In this document: in pieces, positions 39,603-49,258 of the stretch | Numbering within the stretch: position 1 is the stretch's first letter | Layout of the letters: each line of letters starts with the position of its first letter | Notes under the pieces: generated by a model | What the model was told of the DNA's origin: nothing | The model's database searches: none | Seen by the model: the letters and a program-made list of their open reading frames with translations, nothing else | Virus record (IMG/VR): IMGVR_UViG_3300044635_002180 | Span: 52,216 to 116,215 of that record | Source: a virus | Strand: one strand, 5' to 3' | DNA: 64,000 bases | Translations under genes and position numbers: made by a program

Positions 39603-40258
39603 ATGTTTTGTATATAGGTAGTGGTAATTCTGCAAAATACGTGCATCAACTAGATCATACTAAATACATAACTGTGTGTGTAAATAACGCATGGCGGTTA
39701 TTTACAGATAATAAAGTTTTTGATTATTGGTTACATTCAGGTGATTTTCCGCACGAAAATTATCCTAATAAAAAAAATTTTAAATATGAAATTTCGAATG
39801 AGGAATATGAAGCATCTATTAAAAATTTAGTTTATAATAAATTAAAGTTAAAAGAATCATCACCATGTCATTATGTTGGCTATACTATTTTTTTTATAGG
39901 GTTGCATTGGATAATGCATGAAATATCACCTGCAAATATATTCTTATTAGGATTTGATCATGATTATAATCGGAATAAAACGCAAAAATGGCTTAATAAC
40001 GGACAACCCAACCCTCAAAACCAATATCTAAAAGATACATCAAAAAGTATAAAAGAGTGGTCTGATAATTTTTTTTATGAATTTGAACATGATTTTTTTT
40101 ACGGGCATGGTACACCTGATCCAATGAGATTGGGTGAAAATTACATAAAAGAAAAATTTTTTCAGGCTGCTAATACTGCAAGACAGTTAAATGTAAATAT
40201 TTTTAATGCTTCTTTAGCAGATGGGAGTTTAAATATATTTCCGAAAATTAAAATATGA
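39599..40258 (+). CDS. DUF115/Maf-like glycosyltransferase-related protein
   Basis: 'VLYIGSGNSA..ITVCVNNAW..IFLLGFDHDY..IFNAS..FPKI'. Confidence 0.6.
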   Translation: MNVLYIGSGNSAKYVHQLDHTKYITVCVNNAWRLFTDNKVFDYWLHSGDFPHENYPNKKNFKYEISNEEYEASIKNLVYNKLKLKESSPCHYVGYTIFFIGLHWIMHEISPANIFLLGFDHDYNRNKTQKWLNNGQPNPQNQYLKDTSKSIKEWSDNFFYEFEHDFFYGHGTPDPMRLGENYIKEKFFQAANTARQLNVNIFNASLADGSLNIFPKIKI

Positions 40259-40458
40259 AACTAGAACAAGGCAAAATTGTAAAGTGGGAAAATTCTTCTA
40301 AACAGCAAATTGTTTGGATGGTGTGTGATGATGCTGCATCTGGTGTTGTTGTACACTCTGATCATTTGATGCGCATTGGCACTATCACACGCAACTTGCA
40401 AGAATATAATGTTAAACCATTTGTTGGCACAGTAAACATTAGTTCAGCAGCAAATTAA
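40255..40458 (+). CDS. hypothetical protein
   Basis: 67 aa, ATGA-coupled. Confidence 0.6.
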   Translation: MKLEQGKIVKWENSSKQQIVWMVCDDAASGVVVHSDHLMRIGTITRNLQEYNVKPFVGTVNISSAAN

Positions 40459-40715
40459 TTGCTTTTGAAAAATAGATCTTCTTCTGTCTCTTGTTCAACG
40501 CCATTTTTCATTTCATAAACAATGTCATGTTTCATTGAATGAAAACGTTCTTCAATGTACCTTTCAATGGCAATGGGCTTCACCCAATCGAATTTTTCTG
40601 GATCAATGCCGTGTTGAATCATTTGTGCATCAGCAACTGAAATTGCTTCTACCAAGCAGCTCCAGCGTACGATTTCATCCAGAGACATATCTTTTGTTGT
40701 TTTATTATTTTCCAT
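40455..40715 (-). CDS. hypothetical protein
   Basis: 86 aa; TTGAAG-17-TATAGT-5-ATG promoter. Confidence 0.7.
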   Translation of the reverse strand: MENNKTTKDMSLDEIVRWSCLVEAISVADAQMIQHGIDPEKFDWVKPIAIERYIEERFHSMKHDIVYEMKNGVEQETEEDLFFKSN

Positions 40716-40745
40716 AGTTCACTATACGTGACTTTTTGAAAAACT

Positions 40746-41213
40746 TCAACCGTTATTTTCAGAAAAAACAGAATAAGCATATCCAAGAACCAAAGCTATA
40801 AAAATATTTTTGTCATCTGGAGACAACATCTTTATGCATTCTTGTGTGTTTACAATGTTTTTTGATAGCTTATCAACAATTGTGCCGTCTTTTGCTTTGC
40901 TGCACTTTTTAAAATATTCCAACAAGCAATGCACAAGCGTTTCTGTTTCACAATTCTTTCCATACAATTGTGATATTTTATACATGTTCATCACATCATG
41001 ATATTTGCCTTCTCCTTTGAAGGCAATTTTATCAATGCATGCATCAAATGCTCTTTTGATATCAGCATCTGAAACAATTGGCTTCTGCAAAGCTGCAGTT
41101 ACAGAAGATGGAATCTGCGGCATTTGTTGTACAAAATCATTATTCATCAGCAGTTGTGTTTGGCAGGCTTGACATGGCTTGAACCATTTGATTGTGTGTT
41201 GCATCAACATCAA
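40746..41213 (-). CDS. hypothetical protein (true start probably near 41147)
   Basis: ORF track; overlap with the upstream gene suggests a later Met. Confidence 0.55.
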   Translation of the reverse strand: MMLMQHTIKWFKPCQACQTQLLMNNDFVQQMPQIPSSVTAALQKPIVSDADIKRAFDACIDKIAFKGEGKYHDVMNMYKISQLYGKNCETETLVHCLLEYFKKCSKAKDGTIVDKLSKNIVNTQECIKMLSPDDKNIFIALVLGYAYSVFSENNG

Positions 41214-41580
41214 TGATGTCAGTCATGAGTGCTGTTTTTGCTGTCAATCCAACATTGATGTTTTTTTCACAATTGATGCATTTGTAAAAATTGGGTTGAT
41301 CCAATCGAATGGGTATAATTTGCTCCACCATGTTGGTGCAAGGACACTTTAATTTGAGTGTTTGTTTTGCAGCATCTTCAATGCGCTTGGTGAGCTGCTT
41401 TTCCATTTCCAAGGATGTTTTGACTTGCAACCATTGATTCATTGCTGCACCAATGATGAACTGAACAACAAGTGCTAATGCAAAACCAGCAAAAAAATTC
41501 ATCCATTGCATCAAAATAAATCCACAAATGATGCTTATTGCCAATGCTATTATAATGGGTATCCAGGGCTTATTTTGCAT
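41140..41580 (-). CDS. membrane protein with two TM helices and a Cys-rich (CPC..CxxC) C-terminal domain
   Basis: hydrophobic residues ~5-48, coiled segment, 'KCPC...KCINC'. Confidence 0.65.
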   Translation of the reverse strand: MQNKPWIPIIIALAISIICGFILMQWMNFFAGFALALVVQFIIGAAMNQWLQVKTSLEMEKQLTKRIEDAAKQTLKLKCPCTNMVEQIIPIRLDQPNFYKCINCEKNINVGLTAKTALMTDIIDVDATHNQMVQAMSSLPNTTADE

Positions 41581-41583
41581 GCA

Positions 41584-41994
41584 TTATCTTAGCTTCTTTG
41601 TCTTGGAAGGCAAGAAAGCTCCGCTTAATTTCATTCCGCTCTTGAATACTTTTTGAGCCAGTGGTCGCAAATCATTGATTATTTCAATCAAGTTTTCTTT
41701 TTGGTGGGCTTTGATGCTTGGATTATCCAGACTCTTGTAAATTTCACTTATGATGTTTTGCAAGCTGTAAACAACACTGCCAATTTTTTGCACCATCTGA
41801 GTCATTTCAAATGGCGTGAGCGGTTCAGCAACAGGCTTGTTTTCAACTGTTGGACCAGAAGTGGGTGCAATTTTCATGAGTGGCTGTGTAGACCCCTCAC
41901 CAGTAGCTCCAGAGCGACCCTTGTTAGCACCAGATGTGTTTGCGCCACCTCCTGAGAAGCTGCGACTAGAATTGCTCATAATACCATTTTCCAT
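41584..41994 (-). CDS. hypothetical late protein
   Basis: TAAATA-N6-ATG. Confidence 0.65.
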   Translation of the reverse strand: MENGIMSNSSRSFSGGGANTSGANKGRSGATGEGSTQPLMKIAPTSGPTVENKPVAEPLTPFEMTQMVQKIGSVVYSLQNIISEIYKSLDNPSIKAHQKENLIEIINDLRPLAQKVFKSGMKLSGAFLPSKTKKLR

Positions 41995-42028
41995 TGTAAT
42001 TATTTAATGTTGGAGCATAAATAAAAGC

Positions 42029-42523
42029 ATGGTTAACAATACTTTTGCCAAAGCTTTCAATGTAATTCTTGAACAAGATGCTCCAACTGCGCCAGAAGCT
42101 GCAGGAAACGTAGCACCACCATCACCACAAGCTGGTATGGAAGGTGAAGCTGATGCATTAGGATCCTCTGGTATAGATCCAGCAGATGCTCAGATTTTAA
42201 AACATGCAGCAGCGCGTGAGCTCAAAATGATTGAGTCTCTCAATGGTTGGATTACAGAGCTTGATAAAATGGTGGATTATCTCAATGGCACAGATGCAAA
42301 CTCCATTCAAATACAGCTCAAGAAAGCTGTGCCAGATACCATCTTTGATAAGATGCGCACTTCTGAAGCAAAGAAGATTGCTCGTGTAGCCAAAGAAATT
42401 TCTGCTCTTGCAGAAACATTCAAAGGTTATGCTGCAACCGCTGATAATCCTGCATACCGTTTCGTAGCTTGGTTTATTGGTGGCATACTGCCAATAGCTG
42501 CTAGCCTACACAGCCTTGTATAA
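42029..42523 (+). CDS. hypothetical late protein, possible head-associated
   Basis: TAAATA-N5-ATG; N-terminal 'FAKAFNVILE'. Confidence 0.65.
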   Translation: MVNNTFAKAFNVILEQDAPTAPEAAGNVAPPSPQAGMEGEADALGSSGIDPADAQILKHAAARELKMIESLNGWITELDKMVDYLNGTDANSIQIQLKKAVPDTIFDKMRTSEAKKIARVAKEISALAETFKGYAATADNPAYRFVAWFIGGILPIAASLHSLV

Positions 42524-42569
42524 GTGCCAATCCAACATATATATTTAAAGGTTGGGTATAAATATGTAT

Positions 42570-43421
42570 ATGACGATCATATACAGAACAAAGTGTCCTA
42601 CTCTAGCTGGTCTTAATAAAGAAGAAGAAATCATTAAAGCATATCAAGATGGACTACCTATGCTCCAGCTTGAAAAGTTATATAATACACATCGACAAGC
42701 TTTAAAACGAATACTCACACGGAATGGCATTGAGCTAAAAACGCGCAAAGAGATTAGAAACTCAAAACATTATACTGACAATTTTAAGCAGCGCAAATAT
42801 AAAATATGTGATCTTAAAACTCAAGAGGATATCATAAAGATGTATTTGGATTATGACTCACCAGAAATTATAGCAAAAAAATATAATGTCACTCCAAAAG
42901 CTATTAGATCACATCTCAAAAAGCATGGCATATCTCTTAGAACATCATCAGAATCTGCTCAACATGAAAAAACAAAAAAGCGCAAAGAGCAAACATGCAT
43001 GGATCGTTTTGGTGTTCGTAATCCTTTGCAAGATGCAGATATACATGCAAAAATGTTAGAGTCTGCCCATAGATATAAAACACATACTATACAAGGTGTT
43101 GTTTTCGATAATGTACAGGGTTATGAGCCATATGCTTTAGATCACTTGGTATATGAAATGAATATGGACCCTAGTAATATTATAGCAGGCAGAATAGGGA
43201 AAGTACCTGTTATACATTATTCTCTCGATGGTACTAATCGTGTATATTTTCCAGATATATACGTTGAGCAGCAAAATTTGCTTATAGAAGTAAAAAGTGA
43301 ATATACTTTTAATATGAGCCGGGAAAAAAATTTAAAAAAACAAGAAGCTGCAAAAGGTGCTGGTTATGAACATAAAATATTCATATTTGAAAACACGGGC
43401 AAGCTCGTAAGTATTATCTAA
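42570..43421 (+). CDS. putative free-standing homing endonuclease (two HTH repeats + PD-(D/E)XK)
   Basis: 'VQGYE..YFPDIY..LIEVKSEYT'; 'KEQTCMDRFGVRNPLQ'; own TAAATA-N5-ATG. Confidence 0.7.
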   Translation: MTIIYRTKCPTLAGLNKEEEIIKAYQDGLPMLQLEKLYNTHRQALKRILTRNGIELKTRKEIRNSKHYTDNFKQRKYKICDLKTQEDIIKMYLDYDSPEIIAKKYNVTPKAIRSHLKKHGISLRTSSESAQHEKTKKRKEQTCMDRFGVRNPLQDADIHAKMLESAHRYKTHTIQGVVFDNVQGYEPYALDHLVYEMNMDPSNIIAGRIGKVPVIHYSLDGTNRVYFPDIYVEQQNLLIEVKSEYTFNMSREKNLKKQEAAKGAGYEHKIFIFENTGKLVSII

Positions 43422-44448
43422 ACTGCGGCCTAATTTGGTTAAATTTAATCTGGGCCTGCAAACCATTGTATGAGTTGTTGATGATGAATTTTGCATCAAT
43501 CTCATTTATATCCAGATGCATCACAACATCATTGAAGTCTTTAAATTTGGCTCCAATGAGTTCAGGCCAAATGAATACAGTCTGATTCATCTGCATCAAC
43601 TTTTGTGTCTTTTTGTAGCTTGCTTCATCCAACCATTGTGAGTCCAACACCCACACAATTTTGAAGAATTTGCAAAGCAGTTCCATTTGCTCATGTTGCT
43701 TGTTGGAGAACAGCTGCAAACTATTCTCTTGAATGCCACCAACTGCAATTGAATTCTTTGTAAAAAAGGCATTGATGGGACCTTCAAACACAAAAATATG
43801 CTCACAATCTTGGTTAATTTTGTTTGCATTGAACAATGTGCGCTCACTGCAGCTCTTTGAAAGATACTTTGCCTTGGCATCACTGCTCAAAAAGCTGCGC
43901 GATTGATAAAATGTGATTTTATTTTTATCATCAAAAAACGGAATTATGATGCGTTTGTCATGCACCTGATTGTGATCAAAGCACATGTATAAAGTATCAG
44001 GTTTGTTGATGCCAACATCCATCTTTCTTTGCTTGATGTAATGCAATGCTTTTTGAACAACTTCATTGTCTTTATAGAATGCTGTTTGTGCTTCACTGTA
44101 CAGATTAATGCAATCGCCTGGCAATGTTGGCACTTCAATGGGTTGAGACACCGGGATACACTTGTTTACATCAATGGTATCATAATTGAGGCTGTCAAGC
44201 ATGATTTCATTGAAAGAAAGTCCGGACACTTCTTTGATCCATTTGTATGGGGTGCCTTTCCAACCGCAATTATGACAAAAAATGCTGTTGTGTTGCGGTA
44301 TATAGTACAAGCGTCGTTTTTTTAACCAGCTTTTGCCTTCACGGCAAATTGGACACGACGCTTGATAATTTTTTGTAAACCTATTGTATTTTGGTGAACC
44401 AGCAAATTGGTAAAATTTATTTACAATGTATGGTTCTGGCAATTGCAT
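43414..44448 (-). CDS. gp61: DNA primase
   Basis: Zn finger 'CPIC..CHNCG'; 'RIIIPF..QSR..KYL'; TOPRIM 'FEGPINA'; 'KDFND'. Confidence 0.9.
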   Translation of the reverse strand: MQLPEPYIVNKFYQFAGSPKYNRFTKNYQASCPICREGKSWLKKRRLYYIPQHNSIFCHNCGWKGTPYKWIKEVSGLSFNEIMLDSLNYDTIDVNKCIPVSQPIEVPTLPGDCINLYSEAQTAFYKDNEVVQKALHYIKQRKMDVGINKPDTLYMCFDHNQVHDKRIIIPFFDDKNKITFYQSRSFLSSDAKAKYLSKSCSERTLFNANKINQDCEHIFVFEGPINAFFTKNSIAVGGIQENSLQLFSNKQHEQMELLCKFFKIVWVLDSQWLDEASYKKTQKLMQMNQTVFIWPELIGAKFKDFNDVVMHLDINEIDAKFIINNSYNGLQAQIKFNQIRPQFR

Positions 44449-44453
44449 GCCAC

Positions 44454-44482
44454 AATATACAATGAATTTTACTGTTTTTCAA
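44454..44482 (-). promoter_or_regulatory. sigma70-like promoter 5 nt before the primase ATG
   Basis: TTGAAA-17 nt-TATATT-gtggc-ATG. Confidence 0.7.
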
Positions 44483-44645
44483 CTTCTTTTACTTCAACAG
44501 TTCCTCTGTGAAAAAATGTGCCATTGTTTGGATCATACCAATGCGCCTCAACATAGATTTTATCACCAATGCGTTTTTCAACAATGCGGGGATTAGCCAT
44601 GGCTCCAGATGGAGATGCCATTCTAACAGGACGTACTAAATTCAT
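44469..44645 (-). CDS. 58-aa protein missing from the ORF track (MNLVRPVRMASPSGAMANPRIVEKRIGDKIYVEAHWYDPNNGTFFHRGTVEVKEVEKQ)
   Basis: TAAATA 44652-44657 + 6 nt + ATG; fills the rnh-primase gap. Confidence 0.75.
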   Translation of the reverse strand: MNLVRPVRMASPSGAMANPRIVEKRIGDKIYVEAHWYDPNNGTFFHRGTVEVKEVEKQ

Positions 44646-44654
44646 ATACAGTAT

Positions 44655-45536
44655 TTAGTCTCCCCGGAGCAAATTAACTATATCAATCATTTTGTTGCGA
44701 CTAAAAAACCCTTGCTGCCATTCATCCTTTTTATCAGCAATGGATGTCATGTTGTATTTGCCGCACAATTTTAAAAATTCATTAAAATTGCTTGATGCAT
44801 TCAATTGTTTGAAATATTCATGCATTTGATCCAGTTCGCCTTGTTGATGGCTGTAAGAGTCTTTTAAATCAGTGAGCGTGTAGTTGAGGCTATATTGTTG
44901 TTGTTGCTGCTCATTGAGTTGCAATGCATTGCTTATCACCTTTTTAGCTTTGGCAGGTGAGCAAATTCTTGGAATGTTATCAGCGGGATCTCCAATGAGA
45001 CATTTGTATTGAACATAATTGCTCAAAGAAACATCTGCAAATTGCTCAAAATTCATTGCATCAATGATGGCTTTTTTATTAACATCATAGAAACTCACAT
45101 CACTGTTGATGAGCTGCAGCAAATCCTTGTCAGAACTAATTATGAGCTTTTTGCCCACAAGATTTTTACACAAAAAAGCAATTACATCATCACCTTCCAA
45201 TGAAAATGGAAATACATTGTAGCACCCAAGAGCATTTATGAAAGACTCTACTACTTCATACTCTGCATACACTTCTTTGCTCTTGTCTTTATCCCTATTT
45301 GTTTTGTATGTATCTGCAGCAATTACTTTGCGAAAACATGGAACATGTGGCTGCTGCTTTTTATCCCAAACACAATATATTTTGTGTGGTTTAAATTTAT
45401 CATTGTAACTCTTGAGTGATTTGAGAAAGATATAAGCATGAAAATTTCCAATTTCATTATCATCACCTGCTGTCATTTTGCTGGCCATCCAAAATGAACG
45501 GTGATAGATGTTGCTTGCGTCAATTATTAGATTCAT
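44655..45536 (-). CDS. rnh: RNase H / 5'-3' flap exonuclease
   Basis: 'LIIDASN..VWD..YKTNR..LEGDDVIA..SSDKDLLQL..GDPADNI'. Confidence 0.92.
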   Translation of the reverse strand: MNLIIDASNIYHRSFWMASKMTAGDDNEIGNFHAYIFLKSLKSYNDKFKPHKIYCVWDKKQQPHVPCFRKVIAADTYKTNRDKDKSKEVYAEYEVVESFINALGCYNVFPFSLEGDDVIAFLCKNLVGKKLIISSDKDLLQLINSDVSFYDVNKKAIIDAMNFEQFADVSLSNYVQYKCLIGDPADNIPRICSPAKAKKVISNALQLNEQQQQQYSLNYTLTDLKDSYSHQQGELDQMHEYFKQLNASSNFNEFLKLCGKYNMTSIADKKDEWQQGFFSRNKMIDIVNLLRGD

Positions 45537-45810
45537 TTTTTTCGAATTGTTTTATAGTTACAATGTATACGTCTGCAGGAGTCTTCTCTACAAATTGTAG
45601 TATACCATTTTGTATTCCAAAATCAAATTTTTCTTTTGGAATAATTCTATTCACATTGTTGGGAATAGATAGAAACATGTACAGGTCTCCTTGCTGTTTG
45701 ATGAACACAAACATCTCACCAACATAAGCACCTTGTGTTACTGCATAAATGCATCGATGGTGCTTATGTTTTTTAAAAGATTTTATCCAATTTTTAACTG
45801 CATTTAGCAT
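45520..45810 (-). CDS. hypothetical protein
   Basis: 96 aa in the replication operon. Confidence 0.65.
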   Translation of the reverse strand: MLNAVKNWIKSFKKHKHHRCIYAVTQGAYVGEMFVFIKQQGDLYMFLSIPNNVNRIIPKEKFDFGIQNGILQFVEKTPADVYIVTIKQFEKNESNN

Positions 45811-46173
45811 TTATTCTACACTGTTTACATGAAGATTTATCATACATTTTTGCATTGCAGAAACCAATGCATCTGCTTCTAATCCATTGTGGGCATTAAT
45901 TATTTTGATTGGAGTGCCTTCAAAGTCATATCCAATCAAAATATAAGTTCTTAAAAATTCTGCTAATACTGAAATTACAGCTTTTGCACAATCTTCCTTG
46001 TACATTTTTTCTTTGCTTTCAAGTACAACAGCTTCCAGAGCATCTTTGATCAAGTTGTTGATCACTGTTGCTTCAAGCATTTGCTGCGAAGTCAAAGTTT
46101 TATCTTTTTTTCTCTTGGGAGCATTACTGCCTGATGGGCTGCATGTGTTAGTTTCCATGATGTGTGAGTGCAC
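45811..46173 (-). CDS. hypothetical protein
   Basis: 120 aa in the replication operon. Confidence 0.65.
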   Translation of the reverse strand: MHSHIMETNTCSPSGSNAPKRKKDKTLTSQQMLEATVINNLIKDALEAVVLESKEKMYKEDCAKAVISVLAEFLRTYILIGYDFEGTPIKIINAHNGLEADALVSAMQKCMINLHVNSVE

Positions 46174-46480
46174 TAGGCTGTATGCCGCGTTCCAACAAAT
46201 GTGTAATAATTACTTCAATTGAATCTGTTTTTATTGAATAATTTTTAGGAAACGCATTTCCTCCATCATTAAATTCAAACATAACATCATTTGCAAAATC
46301 TTTATTTTCGTAGCATGTGATGTACACACTTGCTTTGCCTGGCTCTACAAGAATAGTCCATCGTCTGGGATCACTCAATGCATAGTCACTAAAAATCCTG
46401 TAAGTAATGAACTTGTTGTCTTTGAGACGCTTGAGAAAGTAACTTGGTGTGCTTATTTTATTTTTCTTGCTTCTGTTCAT
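46148..46480 (-). CDS. hypothetical protein
   Basis: 110 aa, ATGA-coupled to the clamp gene. Confidence 0.65.
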   Translation of the reverse strand: MNRSKKNKISTPSYFLKRLKDNKFITYRIFSDYALSDPRRWTILVEPGKASVYITCYENKDFANDVMFEFNDGGNAFPKNYSIKTDSIEVIITHLLERGIQPSALTHHGN

Positions 46481-47190
46481 GATGTGTAGGAAGTTGTAAT
46501 ATACTTTAATTTATAAGCAGGGTTGCTAATATCAATTGATACAACACCCATTTGAGTGTTGATTCCAATGTTGATGCTGCTATTGTTGCTAAAGCTCAAA
46601 CTTCTAAAGAAATCCACATTCAATGAAACAGCATCAAATGGAGTTGCACACTCCCCAAATTCAAATTCAAAGCTATCTACATTGTCCCTTGCTTTGTCAG
46701 TTAATTCTGCAAGTACTTTGAAACCATCACTTGATAGGTAAATCTTATTGCTATCGCTGCTAAAACTACTAAACTTGACGATGCTTGTAAACTTCTCAGC
46801 GGAAACTTTGAAGTTGACATTGAATGCAAATTCTAACACCTTTTTAATGTTGATGGCAGGTTGGCTTATGATGCCATTTTCCAGCAAGTGATATTTGAAT
46901 CGCAGAGATGGTGATTTATATTCAATGTAATTGTTGGTCACATTGACATTGTAGCTTTCTTCATTTATTTGCTCTAATGCTTTCAAGAGCTTTGAAATGC
47001 TTGAGATGTTTAAAAAACCTTTGAAATTAGTTACACAAGGCAGTATGCCATATGTCACTGTTACATTGTCTGGTGTACCAACCAGACTCGTCATCTGATT
47101 TTCATCAACTACAATTATTGCAGTATCATTAATTTTGAGCAAACTTTTTAAGAAAGCTATACAGTCTCTGTTAAGAGTTATTTGTTGCAT
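46477..47190 (-). CDS. gp45: sliding clamp (gp45/PCNA fold)
   Basis: 237 aa; 'FLKSLLKIN...LNISSISKLLKAL' PCNA-like pattern; replication synteny. Confidence 0.7.
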   Translation of the reverse strand: MQQITLNRDCIAFLKSLLKINDTAIIVVDENQMTSLVGTPDNVTVTYGILPCVTNFKGFLNISSISKLLKALEQINEESYNVNVTNNYIEYKSPSLRFKYHLLENGIISQPAINIKKVLEFAFNVNFKVSAEKFTSIVKFSSFSSDSNKIYLSSDGFKVLAELTDKARDNVDSFEFEFGECATPFDAVSLNVDFFRSLSFSNNSSINIGINTQMGVVSIDISNPAYKLKYITTSYTS

Positions 47191-47196
47191 TACAAA

Positions 47197-47760
47197 TTAT
47201 AACTGCTTGTTGACCGTATTCCACTTTAATTTTACAAGTTGCTCCGTTGCATCTTGTTCAGAATTTTTGCACCCAGTGCATTTCAATTCAATGATATTTT
47301 CTGCTGTTTTGGATATTTTCGGTTGAGATCCACACAAGCAGCAATTCACATATTTTTTAACCTTTTTGTTTTTTTCTTTGAAATTGTTTTGCGATTCAAT
47401 CAGCAGCTTCTTAATGTCATACAGAACATTGTAGATGTCATTTAAAATTGACTTTTCATCATTTTTGAACATTAGTTCCATCTGCTGCTCAGTTGCAGCA
47501 GTCTTTTGCACTGGGGCCAATACTATTGGCGCCAATGGCTGCGGTATTTCCTGCACAGTAATTTGCTGTTGAGGCAAAAATTGAGGTTGTGGATGCACTG
47601 TTGGCGCTTCCACAACCTCTTTTAGAACGTTTTGGAGTTCAATGCTCCTATTACCGAATTTTGCATTGCTGCCAGTAGCAGCAATATGGTTATCGATTTC
47701 TTTCATTTGGCCGTATACATTGCCAATGAAATTTATAAGAGCATTTTTGTCATCCATCAT
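47197..47760 (-). CDS. hypothetical protein with C-terminal Zn ribbon
   Basis: 'CCLCG...CTGC...KWN'. Confidence 0.6.
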   Translation of the reverse strand: MMDDKNALINFIGNVYGQMKEIDNHIAATGSNAKFGNRSIELQNVLKEVVEAPTVHPQPQFLPQQQITVQEIPQPLAPIVLAPVQKTAATEQQMELMFKNDEKSILNDIYNVLYDIKKLLIESQNNFKEKNKKVKKYVNCCLCGSQPKISKTAENIIELKCTGCKNSEQDATEQLVKLKWNTVNKQL

Positions 47761-48611
47761 AGTGAGCTAATCAATTTACGCATCTTTTCATCTTCATCAA
47801 CATCTAATTCACTAGAAACATCAAAAGGTGTTCCTTCTGAATCATTGGAAGTAGTTGCATGAGCAACATTGCTGTGTGTTGCAATGCTGTGTGTTGCAAC
47901 GGATTCACTGCCTTTGCAGTAATAATGCTCATCAAAAAGCTTTTTGAGATCATCATAAGCGCGGCAGGTGTATACAGTTTCAAGATTGCCACCTTGATTG
48001 TATACTTCTTCAATTTGCTGCTCAGTAAGCTTCAAATCAGTTGGTGATGTGAAACGACTTTCTGTGTAGTTGGTATAGCCACCTTGCTCTGTAACTTTGA
48101 TTTTGAAGTTGACACCGCTTGGGCCAAGATCAAACACACGTGCACCAAATTCATCAGAATCTTCTCCGCTAATAGCGTTGTTGATGATGTTGAACAGCTG
48201 CTTGCCAAAGCGAATGAGTTTGACTTTGCCATTGTTTTCTGGATTGGTAGGATCAGCAATGACATACACCTTCATGAGCCAGCGCTCACTACGACGCACA
48301 CTTTTGATCTTTTCCTTGTCTGCATCTGTACCTGTGCGGTAAATCTTGATGCGTTCTTCAGCAATGGGATCACGCTCACCCCAGCTAATGGGTGAAATAG
48401 CAGAAGTGTATTGACCAGTTGCGAAACTGTTCCATGCAAATGTCTGATATTTGAACCAGGTCTTTTCTGGATCCTTCATGTTGGGCAGTAGTCGGATGAC
48501 ATATGTATTGCCCTTTTCAAAGGACATAATGTCACGAGAACCGCTTGATTGTGTTTGCTGTTTGTTAAGAGCATCTTTGATGCTGTCGAACATGCTTAGG
48601 TTGTATTTCAT
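47757..48611 (-). CDS. gp32: single-stranded DNA-binding protein
   Basis: 'YVIRLLP..VYVIADPTNPENNGKVKLIRFGKQL..FD..GVNFKIKV..GYTNYTESRF'; acidic tail. Confidence 0.92.
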   Translation of the reverse strand: MKYNLSMFDSIKDALNKQQTQSSGSRDIMSFEKGNTYVIRLLPNMKDPEKTWFKYQTFAWNSFATGQYTSAISPISWGERDPIAEERIKIYRTGTDADKEKIKSVRRSERWLMKVYVIADPTNPENNGKVKLIRFGKQLFNIINNAISGEDSDEFGARVFDLGPSGVNFKIKVTEQGGYTNYTESRFTSPTDLKLTEQQIEEVYNQGGNLETVYTCRAYDDLKKLFDEHYYCKGSESVATHSIATHSNVAHATTSNDSEGTPFDVSSELDVDEDEKMRKLISSL

Positions 48612-48619
48612 ATTTTGTT

Positions 48620-49258
48620 TTAGTTGTTTGTTTTGTTTTGTTTGTTTATTAGTTCTAACCCTTGTCGGGCTATGTTTTTACACCTTTTGGATGCAAAAAA
48701 GTTCGTTCGATGCTTTGGCACTTCGCGCAGAAAATCATCTCCAAGAATTTGCTGAGCATCTGTACTACACTGTAATAATTTAGTCTCAAACCCTTGAAAT
48801 GCAAGTAAGGCAAATATGCATATTTTTAAATCTTTCAAGTGCACAATGAACCAAGGAAAACCTGCTGGAGCATTGACATTTAAATAATCTTTCAATGCAA
48901 TGTTGTTGTTTTTGCAAAATGAGTAGATGAACATCATTGATGATTTAACAAAATCAATGGTCCAATCTTCATCAACTTTGTTGAGTTGATCAGCTATATA
49001 CAAATTATACAGCTTGATGGCTTTCATTGTTTTAAAAAACTCCAATGTTTGAAAATCAGAATCTACAAATCCTGCATTGAAGAAATCTCTTGGCTTTACA
49101 TTGCTTAAAGATGTAAAAAAGGATGCAAGCTGTTTGAGCGCTACAACATGCTGCTCTTTCAAATCATCAAATTGCTTTCTTGGTGTAAACGGCTTTCCTT
49201 TGCGCTGTGCTCTCAAATATTCATTGTATATGTTTTTTTCAAAATCACTTAAGTGCAT
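48620..49258 (-). CDS. hypothetical protein, possibly gp59-like helicase loader
   Basis: 212 aa helical protein directly upstream of SSB, as in the T4 59-32 order; no motif confirmed. Confidence 0.4.
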   Translation of the reverse strand: MHLSDFEKNIYNEYLRAQRKGKPFTPRKQFDDLKEQHVVALKQLASFFTSLSNVKPRDFFNAGFVDSDFQTLEFFKTMKAIKLYNLYIADQLNKVDEDWTIDFVKSSMMFIYSFCKNNNIALKDYLNVNAPAGFPWFIVHLKDLKICIFALLAFQGFETKLLQCSTDAQQILGDDFLREVPKHRTNFFASKRCKNIARQGLELINKQNKTNN

